Origin: Octopus sinensis
Lineage: Eukaryota
Assembly: GCF_006345805.1 (NCBI RefSeq)
Contig: NC_043001.1
Coordinates: 60,822,001 to 60,886,000, forward strand
Length of the DNA stretch: 64,000 nucleotides
Direction: 5' to 3'
Of this stretch, positions 26,772 through 40,899 are shown in pieces. The notes beneath the pieces are model-generated. The model was not told the origin of the DNA, searched no databases, and saw only the letters and a program-made list of their open reading frames with translations. The position numbers and the translations under genes are program-made. Each line of letters begins with the position of its first letter. The first letter of the stretch is position 1.

Positions 26772-27650
26772 AGTGAGAGAGCAGTGCATGCCATCAAAGT
26801 GACACTGGGGTAAAATATACGAAGCCCAGCATACCCATCATGACTACCCGTCTGATAAGGGTACACCAGGCACATGCATCAAAATCATATGTGCGCGACA
26901 TGGTGATCGCATATCAAGATAAACAGCACATGACCTTGCAGGTGGGGCCCAGTTAGAATTTTCTTCAGGTCGAGTAGCCCATCCTGCTCAAAAATTACAC
27001 ACCTTTCGTAATAATAATATTTACTTAAGATGTAATCTAAAAGCAAACTATTATTTTGATCTTATGTCTAGCATAACCTGTAGTGACAGATACGAATATT
27101 TACACTTCTTGGTATATTGATACATTTCTTGTTTATTTTACTAGGGTCAATGTTCCTCTGAAAATGAGAATAACTTCAAATAGAATCTCACTAGGCGCAC
27201 ACAAAAGAGAATTACATAAAATAAAAGAAACCAGAAGAAATAACACGAATTACTTGCGCATCAATATTTTTCTATTATACTATATTTAAAAGATACCCCT
27301 GAGTAATACATCAAGATAAACAGCGCATAAACTATTGTTTAAGGATGTTGAACGAAACATCAATGTTTTCAGAGGTGAATTTATTCCAACCCCAAAAAAT
27401 CCCTCTCAACTCAAGGCTATGATGTTCCGCCACTACTTCTGCACGTGATCAGAGATGCACATATCGTCAGCCACAAAGGGACATATTCAACTGGTTACGG
27501 TCAAACAACTGACAAGCAAATCTGTGGTATTGAGCAGAATATTTGCTGTAGCCCATCTTTTATACCAAGACAAAACAATGTACATGATAGCACTTCCAAT
27601 GAGTTATGATCAGAAGCCATGAGAATCACTGCCTGGTACTGCATCAGGGC
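26772..27650. mobile_element. Unclassified interspersed repeat flanked by (ATT)n, interrupted by the 311-bp insertion
   Basis: gagtgagagagcagtgcatgccatcaaagtgacactgggg...gcctggtactgcatcagggc. I recall this as a common Octopus repeat but did not verify it. Confidence 0.5.
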
Positions 27651-27676
27651 AATTATTATTAGTATTATAATCATAA

Positions 27677-27731
<55 letters not shown>

Positions 27732-27750
27732 CATCATCATCATCATCACT

Positions 27751-27834
<84 letters not shown>

Positions 27835-27856
27835 ATTATTATTATTATTATTATTC

Positions 27857-28575
27857 TATGTTTGACTTTTGCTTTATATTTGTACAAGTTGGCTCCAAGT
27901 CTCACCCAGAGACCTCAAGAGACAACAGGTTGGAAGTTCGTGATGTTGTTATGCCTAGTGTGCCACATATTTGGTTTTGTATTTAGTGTTGTACTAGTGA
28001 ATTATTTAAAAAAAAAACAAAGAAAAAAACGAAAATTATGTTTGTTTTAAAACCTGTGATTACATAGAAAGTATTTTGCGTAGGATATGAGCAGTTCCCA
28101 TGAGCACTATCTTTTGAATTTCTGCTATTTTGGGGTTTCCTGGTATCTGAGTTAGGTAGCGATCAGCCCCTTTTGCTATCATTCCCAGGACACTTATGAC
28201 AACAGGTATTGTTTTAGACTTCAGGTTCCACATTTTGATGATTTCTATTTCAAGATCTTTATATTTGCTGTTTTTTGGTAGGTCTTGACAGATACGTTTA
28301 TATTGATTGGGACAGTCATATCAATGAGGAGACATGTTCTTTGTTTGAAGTCTTTCAATATGATGTCTGGCTAATTGCATCTATCTTTCTGTCAGTTCTA
28401 GAGGAGTGAGATGTGGTCATTTCCAAGCACTGGAGGTGGTTTGTGTTCCCACCAGTTTTTTTCATGGGGCAAATCCAGGTTTTTGCAGATTAACCAGTGG
28501 ATATATTGTGCAGCTCTATCATGCCTGTTGAGATACTCTGTAGGCGCTAGAAGACTGCACTTGGAGACAACATGA
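27857..28575 (-). mobile_element. R4/Dong-like REL LINE 3' fragment
   Basis: HVVSKCSLLAPTEYLNRHDRAAQYIHWLICK (CCHC region), PDIILKDFKQRTCLLIDMTVP (PD..D REL endonuclease) and IQKIVLMGTAHILRKILSM*. The UTR ends in (AAT)n. Confidence 0.85.
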
Positions 28576-28589
28576 TCAATGATTATCAT

Positions 28590-29236
28590 TATTATTTTTT
28601 TTTCTTTTCTTCTTTCAAATTTGCTTCCATTTCTTGCCGAGTGTCTTCCCGACTCCTAGGGCAAACAAACTCATAGTATACATTGGTAGACCGTTAAACT
28701 AAACTCAATAGTTCGTTCATTTTTTTAAGTTAAATTAAAATACATGGGTAGTAATAATTCTCACACCGACAATGCTCTTCTCAATACGTGTGATGTACCA
28801 GTTAAGACAATCTTTTGCACTTCTTGCAGGGATGGTAAGCCAGGGATCATTCTCATATCATTTTCGGTTCCCTTTTTGATCATTCCTAGTGCTCCTACGA
28901 TCACTGGTATTGTAACCGCCTTGAGATGCCACATTTTCTCAATTTCAATGAGTAGGTCTTTATATTTTCTGAGCTTATCAAACTCTTTCGCTGAGATATT
29001 ATGATCACAGGGGATGCTCATGTCGATCAATAAGCAAACTTTATTGTTTTGGTCTTTCACAACAATATCTGTTTTATTGGCCTTGATGGTTCGGTCTGTA
29101 TGTACTGGAAAATCCCACAGAATCGTTACATTTTCTCCTTCAGTTACAGCCTCAGGGTGGTGATTATACCACTTGTCGGCAGTTTTGATATTGTAATGCC
29201 GACTTATTAGCCAGTGTAGATATTGGCTAACTCTGT
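28590..29236 (-). mobile_element. R4/Dong-like REL LINE 3' fragment, second family
   Basis: ORF 28761-29429 gives RHDRVSQYLHW...LWDFPVHTDRTIKANKTDIVV...LIDMSIPCD...KYKDL...IVGALG...VLRRALSV*, followed by a 3' UTR and A/(AAT) tail. Confidence 0.9.
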
Positions 29237-29254
29237 CATGTCTTAATTTATACT

Positions 29255-29401
<147 letters not shown>

Positions 29402-29417
29402 TATTATTATTATTATT

Positions 29418-30510
29418 CCTTCGTAACACATTGTAGGTAAAAATGCACCGGAGTCTTTAGTCATCTATTAAGTCACAATAAGGATCTCAGACAGATAATA
29501 CTTTCTTTAAGATGTGCGCTGTGCTCAATAAGGCTTCATCAATCTTGCATAGGAATTCCAGTTGCCTTAAGAAGTCTTGAAGTTTCAATGGAATTGAGCC
29601 CAACATACCGTTCACCACTGGTATCACTTTTACGTTACCCTCTCACATTCTATACAGTCTTGTCATATCTACTTTCAGTTCAGAGTACTTGGCGACTTTT
29701 TCAACCTCTTTACTCATAACATTCATGTCATTTCGTATGGTTAGATTACGTTTCTCACAGTATTTGTCTCTCTTATTCAGTATGACACAATCCGGTCGAC
29801 GGTGTTCGATTACACGATCCGTTTGAAAATTATAGCCCCAGAGTATAGTTAATTTTCTATGTTCCTGCATAACATTACTTGGTACATGCTTATACCAGTT
29901 CTTTGTTACTTCATATTGGTATTTACGGCACAAGAGCCAATAAAGATACACACACAATTTATCGTGGCGGCGCTTCCTTTCATTTTATGCAAGGCTCTCA
30001 CAGACACGTAGCAAGTGCGTCACATTTTCCACACTCTTTTCACAGAATCTGCCTTTGTGAGTGTCAGAAGATTTATAGATGTTATACTTTACTGAACTGG
30101 TAGCGAGAGCCTGGTCTTGTGAAGCAATGATCAATCTTTCGGTTGTTACGCTTCAAATCACCTCGTTCAAGCCAATCCCTCGATGCTGTATTAACGTCAC
30201 GTTAAGGATAATACATGTTAAGGATAATTCCATTCAAACTGTCCATGCATTCTCATTTCCAGAAGGTCTTTTCCCTTCTTAGTCTATCTTTTCAATTATA
30301 TCAAGATTTCCAATCTTTCCAGTTCTTGCTAACCTGGGCTATTGCTGTGAATGGTACATTTTGTTTGGGCCTAAAGACTGGCGTCGCACTTTGTTTTATA
30401 GTGATTTTAGCTGTCATTTTTTGTTTCAACCCTTCGGCCTCATTTGAACCTTTGACCGATCCAACTATATTTCCACAAAGAACACTTATGAGAGCATCGC
30501 ACGATTAGAA
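29418..30510 (-). mobile_element. R4/Dong-like REL LINE 3' fragment, third family
   Basis: TERLIIASQDQALATSSVK, WLLCRKY, QTDRVIEHRRPDCVIL, KYSELKV and STAHILKKVLSV*. Confidence 0.85.
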
Positions 30511-30559
30511 TAGTTCTATTCACTCTGTGCCAAATAGATTAAGTGAATTTTTTAATACA

Positions 30560-31900
30560 TATATATCTTTGCTTTTTTCGTTTGAACTCGAAATGTTGCA
30601 TTACTTACGAATTCTCTAAAAAAAACAATCTCTTTCCCATAACATCACGTGCTACCTTTCTCGATTTAATTAATTTTGACTTATAATGGTGATATTACTA
30701 TCAGTGTCCAACTGCAATTTAACTCTTGTATTTCTGATTTTCGGATTCAGGAATTTCCTTATCGTTATATTATCAATTTCTACCGATGACATACTATTAT
30801 TCTTTTTTCCTTTGTTCTGAAGTTTTGTCATCTCCGTTCTACATTGCGTCTTTATATATCCTATATTACCACAACGAAAGCACTCCGAATTTTTTTTTAT
30901 GGACAATTTTTCCTCAGGTGTATACTTCCACATGCAAAACATGGGTCGATTTCCTGAGTATTTTATTTATTATTATTTTTTTTTAGAAAAAGCTTTATCC
31001 CTATGCTGACGATTTCGCACTTGTGTCGTGTCTTAATTTGAATATCCTTTCACAGTCTTCAAACACTTGCTGTTCCAGTTTTGCGAGCATTCTAGTTCTA
31101 GTAAGTCCCTGTGTAAAAATCAGGCATTTGAACATATCTGACGTTAATTCATCCAGCTTAAATGTCTCGTAGTCCCTGTTTACTGTACCAGCATTTGTGA
31201 AGCAGACCACGTCCTTGTTTTTCCCTATGTTCAGACACTTCCAGCGTGTGTTGAAAATGAGCTTTTTTCATTGAAAATTTTAAACAATATTTCTATTGTG
31301 CCATTAACGTTTATGTCAGAAGCATTTACCGGGAGTACATAATTACTGTATCGTTCATGTTCTGTTGCCCCCATTTTTCTCAAGATTAAGTGCGTTTTCA
31401 TCTCGTCGTCCCAAACTTTACCTTCTTTCTCGAAGATTAGCTCATATATTCCTCGATGGTAACTCCTTTGTCAGATTTGTATTGAACTTCGCTAAGGAGT
31501 TCGTGACATAGTCTGTCGAGAAGAATTTTTTTCTGAATTTCCTGACGACTTCATTAATTTTAGTACTTGTTGCTCTATAGTAACTGTTGTTGTTGTTCGT
31601 TCAGTTTTTGTTGGTGTTGTTGTTGTTGCTTCAGCTTTCGTTCTTGAATTTGTACCTGCTGCTATGGTTGTTCTTTCAGTTGTTTTTGTTATATATTTAC
31701 GATTTGTTTTCGCAAAATTCGCACATTGTCCTTGTACGACGTTAGAATTCTCGTGGAGTTTATATATTTCTCGTGAGTTACTTAAATCGTCGTCGAGTTT
31801 AACAATTACTCGTGAGTTGTTTAAATACTCGCCGCCACTGTTATAATCCTTAAAATATTGGATTGTTATAACGCCCACATCGGTATACAGCATACTTAGG
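30560..31900 (-). mobile_element. Gypsy LTR retrotransposon gag-protease remnant
   Basis: EHERYSNYVLP, FKLDELTSDMFKCLIFTQGL, zinc knuckle CFRCGNIGYIKTQC and protease-like LQLDTDSNITII. Confidence 0.8.
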
Positions 31901-32445
31901 AAAACCATTCTGACCTATAAAGCCTGATCCCCATATCCACTGAAACGTGAAAGAGAAGCAAAAACTTCTTTTCAATTTCACATTGCTTTTCCTTCCCCCC
32001 ACTAAACTCACCTCTTAAACTGTCCCTTGAAAGTAGAAAATAGTCTTTTACAGTAAAATTGTGAAACAAGTCAGTTGATCGCAAATTCTTTGTAAGCTAA
32101 ATATATCTCTTTCTGTGTATATATATACAACCAAAATATGACCATTTTGAACTTATAATTTTCTGTGTATATATATATATATAGATACTTCCAAACAAAC
32201 ATGATTTTTAATGACATCCTATATTTTAATGAACTTTTATATATTTTCCCAAGAGTTTTCCTTGTAAACCGTTTTTAACAGGTTCTTATTATTATCAAAG
32301 AATGTATATATGTATTGTTATATTTTGTGACAACCAGTACCTAACATAACAAAGCTTTTACATGTTACTTTTGACAATCCTTTTCTAAAAAAGTGAAACC
32401 GGTCAAGTAAATAATCATCTTTTATAATTGCATTTTCAAACCTTC

Positions 32446-32504
<59 letters not shown>

Positions 32505-32739
32505 TAAATTAGAGACAAAACCACTATTAGGCAAATCAAACAATGAAAAACTTAAGCCAATACATATGATTAATTTATATTATTTAAATATATAACAAAA
32601 TTATTTAAAAAATATAATTAATATAATAGTGGTTTTGTCTCTAATTTAATATAATATAATATTTTACTATAAAATTGGATTCAATCCTAAATCTGATTTT
32701 TCCCTGTAAGTTTGGATTTATTCCCTAATATTTATTATT

Positions 32740-32758
32740 AATATATATATATATATAT

Positions 32759-32845
<87 letters not shown>
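32740..32845. repeat. (TA)n-(TAGA)n microsatellite
   Basis: Seen directly. Confidence 0.98.
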
Positions 32846-32854
32846 TTTATAAGT

Positions 32855-33188
32855 GCAGGTGTGGCTGAATGGTTAAGAAAGTTGCTTTGCTACTACATGG
32901 TTTCAGGTCTGGTCTCATTGCGCGGCATCTTGTCAATGGAAACTGTCTACATGCTCGTCAAAGATGTGTGTGTGTGTGTATGTGTGTGTGTGTATTTGTG
33001 TCAATGTTTGTGTACCCACTGTTTGATAATTGCTGTGGATTTCGCAAAGAACCTTAACGGTTCGGGAAAAGAAAACAATGAAACAGATACCAAACTTTAA
33101 AAATTAAGATCTAGGGACGATTTGTTCGACTAAAGAACCCCTGAATGCGGTGCCCTATCATGGACGCAGTGCAATATTTGAAACATAA
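32855..33188 (+). mobile_element. tRNA-derived SINE, family A (diverged)
   Basis: gcaggtgtggctgaatggttaag head, (TG)n, cgatttgttcgactaaa and gcggtgccctatcatggacgcagt. Confidence 0.75.
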
Positions 33189-33279
33189 TGAACGATAGAC
33201 TAAAAGTTACATTCAGGTGCGACAGCTGTGTGAGTACAAATTTGATAATTAAATAAAAGGATCTTGCAAACGCCAGATA

Positions 33280-33960
33280 TGTATTTGGTTTTAAAATTTG
33301 TATATGTGTTCTGGATAAGCATTCTGATAAAATAAAATAAGACTGTACCTTCAGATTAGAAAACTGTTTAAATGTGGGACTGGAATCTTTGACATGCCTG
33401 CTTTGAATGATCCTTACTAATTTCCAGTATGACATGAATTTATTGTATAGTACGAATGTCAACTAATCTCTTTTTCAACAAATCTGGCAAGGATGGAATC
33501 CACACATTTAGTGCTATCGTGAAGACTGTCTGACATTCATTCTGAGGTTGCTTGCTGCAGCACGAGATAAGTGGCCGGTCTTGTTCAAACACGTTTGGCG
33601 TTTCACTACGTACCTCATCCACCCGAGTCATCATGACATTTTGCAGCACTTAAACATGTTTAGCTGCACTAATCCTGACAACTTGTGAAAGATGTGATGG
33701 AGCATAACATTACCTTCTTCCCTCACGACTCTTAAAACCATAACAGCTATTCGTATCTTAGTGTGCCGCACTTCGGGGACATTATATGATATGCAGTGAC
33801 GTCTCTAGTCTTCTGTAAAGCCCTGTGAGTGTTTGAACATGTAGAAAGTTTCATTTGTTGCTCAGATAGTTGAAACAGTTTTGCCAAAAGCTTTCACTTC
33901 CATCTGAATATTGCGTACAGAAAATTTGCAACACTTAGAAAGTTGACGATTTCAACATCG
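33280..33960 (-). mobile_element. Tc1/mariner (maT/DD37D-like) transposase remnant
   Basis: VMVLRVVREEGNVMLHH, VLQNVMMTRVDEVRSETPNVFEQD and NVWIPSLPDL (equivalent to WPPSSPDL). Confidence 0.65.
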
Positions 33961-33998
33961 CTGGGTTCCAAGCATATTCCAATAATTACTAAATGTTA

Positions 33999-34185
33999 GA
34001 TGGGGAGATGGCAGAATCGTTAGCACGCTGGGCAACATGCCTAGCGGGTATTCGCCTGTGTGTACATTCTGAGGTTTGGGCTTTTATCCTTTTAGAGTCG
34101 ATATAATAAGAACCACTTGATTTCTGTTTCGATGTAGTTGACATACCCACCCAAACTGCTGACCTTGTGCCGAACTTGGAACCAA
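33999..34185 (+). mobile_element. tRNA-derived SINE, family B (diverged)
   Basis: tggcagaatcgttagcacgctgggc head and ttttatccttttagagtcgata. Confidence 0.7.
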
Positions 34186-34344
34186 TAAGGACTCTTCATT
34201 TTACTGTTAGCATTTTCCCTGCATAGTGGATCGGGAAGTAAGCATACTTTTTACCCCCTTTCTCTCTATCTCTTTATCTCTCTATGTATGCATGTATGTA
34301 TATATGTATGTATTTATGTATGAATATACGTATGTATGTATATG

Positions 34345-34386
<42 letters not shown>

Positions 34387-35881
34387 GAACATACATACAA
34401 GTGTGTATGTGTGTGCGTGCGTTATGTGTTTGTGTGTTTGTAAGTATTCCCTTCTGTTTCTAACATTCTGTCATTTCTCTCCGCTCTTTTACCGATGCCC
34501 TCATTCTCTCCCTCTCATGCCAAACCACTGTCTTGCAATCAGTTTGTCTTGTTCCGATGCTGATAGCCATATTATCCTGAACAAGTGGTAACAGCATAAA
34601 GCAAGCAGAATCCTGCAGGAAGTCAACTTCACAACTATTAGTGTTACGATATAATGCAGGCAATGCATCAGAAAGACTGGTGGACGAACGAAAGAAGTTA
34701 TATGTTTCAGTCTTGTCTAGACAGGGGCACCATATTTTCTTTAGTGCTGAAATCACAAAAATACAACTAAACACTATATATTGAAGTTGGCGTTAACATG
34801 GGAAACACTTGTATAGCTAACATAAAAAGTAAACGGAACGGGCAACGAAGGCGTGTTCTCATCGCTGCACTTCGGAGGATAGTAAACCAGCACAAGATCT
34901 AAAGCGGACCGTGAATCTACACCAACGATGAAAGCTGATGTAAATATATAACCACACATACACACAAACACACACATACACACATACACACACATTCATA
35001 CTTGTAGCAGAGAGAGTGGGGAGGAGAACGAAAGATTGTATGAGTGTCACTCATATAGATAGTCAAAAGTTTGCGAGGCATATTGAGGGATTGAATTGGA
35101 GCGTAATAATATACAGCAAAATCGTGGGAGCAATAGAGATGTTGCAAAAGTTTTAAAGAGAGACATACACCATGTAATGGAATGTCATGGAAGAGTCTAC
35201 AGGAACTTAATTGTAAATAATGTAGGCTACCTCAGCGTAAACTAGATGCACTGGAAGTTAATTGCATATAAAAATATGTATGGGCTATTGTATAGAAATG
35301 CTAACTGAATGTAATTTAACTGCACTATGTGAATGGATATGCAGCCAGCAAAGCATGATTGTTTAAAAGTCAGCATATGCGGATAATTAAAGATTAAGAA
35401 AGAATAGAGAAATGAATTAATGGTGAAGGGTAAAATAATCTGCCAGCATCACTATTTGACATTTAATAATGGAGGGGTAGTGTTAGGAGAAGAAAAGTCC
35501 AATTAAAAACGTCAACTCTATATTTCTGTTACGAAAATCAGAGTGAAAAATTCAAGTATTTATGCCTGCGTATAGGAATGGATTAATGAGTTTATGTATG
35601 TATTCATGCATATAAATCACTACTGTATAAAGATAGTCAGATACGCATGAATATATATTGATATGCATTCAAGCATTAACCCTTCATACAATTTCTAAAT
35701 AACCTTGTCTCTGATTGTACATAAGCACGTTTACATTAATATTTTTCGCTTAATGGATCTTCCTTTCTGAACACACACTGTACAGATGTGTATGTATGCT
35801 TGTGACTTGATATAACGCGATCACATGAACATACACACACGCACACGCGCAGATGTTGTTGTCTCTATAAAAATGTATGTA

Positions 35882-35973
<92 letters not shown>

Positions 35974-36109
35974 CATACATACATACATACACTTATATAA
36001 ACACACATAACCACTCATAAACACACGAACACGCATGCACGCAACGTACGCAACACACGCACAGGCACATGTATATGCGAATATACGCATACATATTAAT
36101 ACATATTTA

Positions 36110-36310
36110 TGTGTGTGTGCATTTGTGCCTGCGTTTGTCCTCCTACGTCCCCGTTACTTATCAGTTCAGTAAAATAGACCAATAGAATAAGTACATTCTT
36201 GCAAAGAATAAATTTTGGTGTCGAGTTCTTCAACTGAAAAACACTTTAAGGTGGTGCTCCAGCATGTCCGCCATCAAATGACTGAAGCAAGTAAAGATGT
36301 AAAAGAATAC
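36110..36310 (+). mobile_element. SINE family A, 3' half
   Basis: tacgtccccgttactta, gaccaatagaataagtac, aggtggtgctccagcatg and aaatgactgaagcaagtaaa. Confidence 0.75.
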
Positions 36311-36767
36311 ACACAAATACACATAAGCATACACAGGCACATACACAAACCCACACTCACAGATATATGAAAATTTTAATGAGTGAGATGGACTAGATGC
36401 CAATTCATTTAGAGGTTACTCCTCATAGAAATTTGAAAAGCATATCATGACCACGGAAATTGCATGACTTATGAGACATTCCTTTTTTCAAAATAATGTC
36501 CGGTGTATCATTAATAAGGGATTATGATGCGTGGTAATTTAGAGGTCGGGTTGCTTGAAGTAAAAAGAAAAAGAAAATCAGTTATACGCATAAAATATCT
36601 AAATTTATCGTTGTAAGTTTGTCAGCAAGTATTTGTGAATCAGACTGATGGACATAGTATTTTGTGATCAGTAATATGATCGTTTTGAAGGTTTTGCGGA
36701 GTGACTTGTACTGATCGTAGTTGAAGCATATTCGGAACACCGAAAGGATATATACACTTAGGCATGG

Positions 36768-37153
36768 TTTCCGAAATGTTATCTATGTTAGTTAGCTTTA
36801 CTAGTAGTTAAATTATTTCAGACGTAGCATTTTTTAATGATTTTATGCTCATTAATACTGTGCGCTCCTCCTGTGTGTAGAGCCGAGAGAGATCCATCAC
36901 ATTGTTATAAAAGTATAGTTACCATGAGTATATACGTGTATCCGTGGGGTTGTGAGTGTTGGGCGTGTGTATTCGTGTGCGTGTGTGCGTGCGTATGTGT
37001 GTGCATGTTTTTGTGTGCGTCTGTGTGTGTGTGTCTGTGTCTATATCTGTATACGTATGTGTAAGTGCGCGTGTAGGCATATATTGTGTGTGTGTATACA
37101 TACTCACCACCTAATGATAATCGAAGTTCTCGTTCTCCCTTTTTCTTAGTATA

Positions 37154-37211
<58 letters not shown>

Positions 37212-37218
37212 CATATAA

Positions 37219-37257
<39 letters not shown>

Positions 37258-37480
37258 CAGAGAGAATGCACACGAGTGCACACACCAAACACTCACAGCC
37301 CCACGGATACACGTATATACTCATGGTAACTATACTTTTATAACAATGTGATGGATCTCTCTCGGCTCTACATGCAGAAGGACCGCACAGTATTAATGAA
37401 CATAAAATCATTAAAAAATGCTACGTCTGAAATGATTTAACTAGTAGTAAAACTAACTAACATAGATAACATTTCGGAAA
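36768..37480. repeat. Long inverted repeat (~213-bp arms at 36768-36981 and 37268-37480) around a microsatellite-filled spacer
   Basis: The arms are directly reverse complementary, roughly 90-95% identical by eye. The ORF track shows twin MILCSLILC ORFs on opposite strands. Confidence 0.92.
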
Positions 37481-37527
37481 TCACGTAACAGTCTGGCTGT
37501 TTTGCGTCGTTGTCCCCTTTTTTCATT

Positions 37528-37566
<39 letters not shown>

Positions 37567-37929
37567 TATAAATGAAAGAAAATGCACAGTTTATATAGTT
37601 TTAATATATTTTTTAATATATGTTATAATATTTTTTTTATATATGTTATATGTTTGTCAAATCTAGTAATATTTATAATTATTTATAAGAAATGGCGGAA
37701 AGTTTCTCATACATTTTCAAAATTAATTCAAAATTTTCAAGCAATGATATCACCACCATTAAATTATTCAAAATGCTAAGTTTGTATATAGTGTTTGTAT
37801 GGAAACTGTTTTCTAAATAACAATGATAGATATGTTTACTGAGTGGATGAATGCATACAAGACTCCGGGGAAACAGGAATATTTCTTAAAACATAAGAAC
37901 TCGTTGAAGTGCTGGATAACAATAAAATA

Positions 37930-39230
37930 AAATTGAAAAACTGAATCAAAATATTGAAGAACAGATATCAAAATTGTACACTTTGGAAATATAAAAGATA
38001 TGTAGCGTTTATAACGCTCATAAGGGAATAATATTTGAAACTTCGGTAGTAAGTGCGGAAGTGGGGCTCACTGAAAAAAATAAACATTATAGGGAGCATT
38101 GAAATTGTTTCAGAGTTCGACCAATTTTTACATGGGTGTTTTGGAAACATATGAATGATAAAGTCTACACTTATGAATGATAAAGTCTACCCCTCCAAAT
38201 ATAAATCATACGAATGATTCTGTGGGATGCAATGATGAATCAAATTATCAAGCTGGACACTGAATATCAATCTTTTATTGTTGAGTCGGCACAAAACTTG
38301 TCACATGATGACCAGCTGCAAATTGTGGTTCAATATATTCATACAGAAATCCTGTGAGAAAACTATTAAATTTTCTGTTTAGACACAATACTAGTACTGC
38401 AAGTAGATAATCTTTCATTTGAAAATATCTGTGGTTAGTCTTACGATAATGGATATTCGAAGAGGAAAGATCCAGAGAACGAGACACAAACACTCTTTAA
38501 AAATATATAGTAAAAGCATGCACCTTATTCACTCGGCCTTGTGGTGGAAGAAACTGTGTCTGTCGCACTGAAGTTGCTGAATGTTTTGACATTTTTCAGG
38601 AATTGTATGTTTTGATATCTAGATTATATTTTTACACTCCTTAACGAATATTGGCAATTTTAATCGCAAAGTACTCTCTACGTCTATGGTGGAATTATAT
38701 AATTGTAATAATATGGTCTGTAACCTTTGAAGCAATCATAAAATTAACAATATTTATGCAAGTCATTTTACAAACGCTTAAATATTTTCGAAGATTCAAC
38801 AAATAAACCTCAATATAAACGAAATGCAAATCTCTAAAGTGGGAATACGTTATTTTAACGAATCCTTGAGAAGACGTAAACTGTTTTAACAAGAAAGAAA
38901 TTTTAAACACTGAGATTTCTTGTGTATGAAGGTTCATCTTTTACTTTCATTTGTTAAAGACAAAAAATTTCAAGATACTTTATACGGCAGGACGCTACAC
39001 TATGAGTAAAAAGCAAAATGCTTGTGTGAGACAAGTGATAGTGTTTATTGAGACGATCTAAGGTGATTAGAATAGAAACTCTAAATCACATTTACGACGA
39101 TGTGGTTTATTACTAAAAAGCGACTCCGAAGAAATTCTAGGTTTTGAATTGGTGAATAATTCTGAGGCTAACGAGCATAATGTTAAAATTATAGTGTTAT
39201 ATTACAAAGGTGACGTAGACTATCTTAAGT
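37930..39230 (+). mobile_element. hAT transposase remnant (heavily decayed)
   Basis: SIEIVSEFDQFL, FIVESAQNLSHDDQLQIVVQY, ENICG*SYDNG and CFDIFQELY match the order of hAT/ZMYM-like DDE motifs. Confidence 0.6.
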
Positions 39231-39659
39231 AACACCAAAACACAGAGGAAAACGCGTCATTCGAAATACAATACATATAAAATTCTTCAATTTAAATGTA
39301 AAAAGAACTAATTGAAATGGATATGTTGCTAGAGAAGAATTTGGTATATGTAGTATATATTCTGATAGGTTTTTAAAATGAAGGATTATATTAACTCTAA
39401 AATTATCTAATATTAGACTTCTGTAAGTCAATAGCATAAAGTGTTATCTTTATGACCCTTCACGCTTTGGTGGAACACGCAATGCCGAAACGTACGTACG
39501 TTCGAGTAATTTATTCTATTTTTACCTCAGTTTTCCTCCGGTGTGTTTTCATGTACTGTGTAGAACGGTTAATGATAATATCGCGAGGGTGAGGTGCGAG
39601 GTTCTTAATCATACAGTAGTAATCATACACCTAGGTGTACACACAAGATATATACATAT

Positions 39660-39800
39660 ATAACTTAACGGTTCGGTAAAAATGACCGATAGAATAAGTA
39701 CTAGATTTACAAACAATAAATCCTGGGGTCGATTTGTTCGACTGAAGGCGGTGTCCCAGCATGACTGCAGTCAAATGACTGAAACAAATAACGGAATGAA
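39660..39800 (+). mobile_element. SINE family A, 3' fragment
   Basis: gaccgatagaataagtactag...ggggtcgatttgttcgactgaaggcggtgtcccagcatg..gcagtcaaatgactgaaac. Confidence 0.8.
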
Positions 39801-39824
39801 GAAATATATATAATAATATAAATA

Positions 39825-39873
<49 letters not shown>

Positions 39874-40449
39874 TATATACGTACATATATGTACATACTT
39901 ACATATATACATATGTAAGTACATATGTATATGTGGGCACGAGACGTCACGGAACGTAAACAACATAAAAATGCAAAAACATGAGACACGAAATACGTAT
40001 ACATGGAATATGAACTTTTTTTTGCAACAACGATAACAACAAATGGAGAACAAGTCAAATAACATACGAACGACCCTTTATCAGTTATCGGCTGTTCTTT
40101 TAATCCGTATTTCGAGCAATTCGACATTCTACGCATGAATATAAATGTGTATGTGCGTGTAATACAGAGATATTTTATTTGTGCATGTAATACAGGGATA
40201 TTTTATTAGTTGATCTAGTGACCGACCAACTAAAATCCGCCTATCGATTTTGATTTCCTCCTGAAATTATTATTATCTGTATACATATAACCACTCTTAT
40301 TGCAACACTGATATATGTGAAATTAAGCGTTCCGAAACGTGTAATGGCATAGTTGAAGTGGTTTTCTCTGCGATGTAATGCGGTGCAGAAGAATATTTGT
40401 AGATGTACTGCTTACGTTATAACTACAGTATGATGAAATGCAAATCGAA

Positions 40450-40570
40450 TGGACTTATCTCATGGTTTAATGGCCTACCAATGTATGCTATGAGTTTCTT
40501 TGCCCTAGGAGTCGGGAAGACACTCGGCAAGAAATGATAGCAAATTTGAAAGTTGAAGAAAAAAAAGTAA
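40450..40570 (+). mobile_element. 3' UTR fragment of the same R4/Dong-like family as 28590-29236, followed by (AAT)n
   Basis: ctaccaatgtatgctatgagtttctttgccctaggagtcgggaagacactcggcaagaaat is the reverse complement of ~28625-28690. Confidence 0.8.
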
Positions 40571-40599
40571 TAATAATAATAATAATGATAATCATAATG

Positions 40600-40656
<57 letters not shown>

Positions 40657-40740
40657 TAAATAAAAATAATAATAATAATAATAATAACATTAATATAAAC
40701 AATAATAATAATAATGGCATCAATAATATAAATGATAATG
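40568..40740. repeat. (AAT)n microsatellite
   Basis: Seen directly. Confidence 0.97.
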
Positions 40741-40899
40741 ATAAAAATGTGGAAAGTGAGAGAATGGAGAAAAAATTAGTAACAACCCTAACTAACATAA
40801 TATAATGATAGATATGGTAAATAACACTAATGTTAATAATAGCTCTAATAATAAAAATGAAAACAGCTTGTTCCTATATAATACAAATAACAAAAAACA

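Noticed and set aside
34798-34900. Short ORF MGNTCIANIK... with a myristoylation-like start
   Set aside because: It is only 34 aa, has no good splice donor and matches nothing I recognise.
39470-39510. ccgaaacgtacgtacgtt, resembling a hammerhead 3' half with palindromic stem III
   Set aside because: There is no intact CUGANGA upstream and no stem I.
40305-40350. ctgatatatg...ccgaaacgtgta, resembling a decayed minimal hammerhead
   Set aside because: The core is mutated and stems I and II do not pair.
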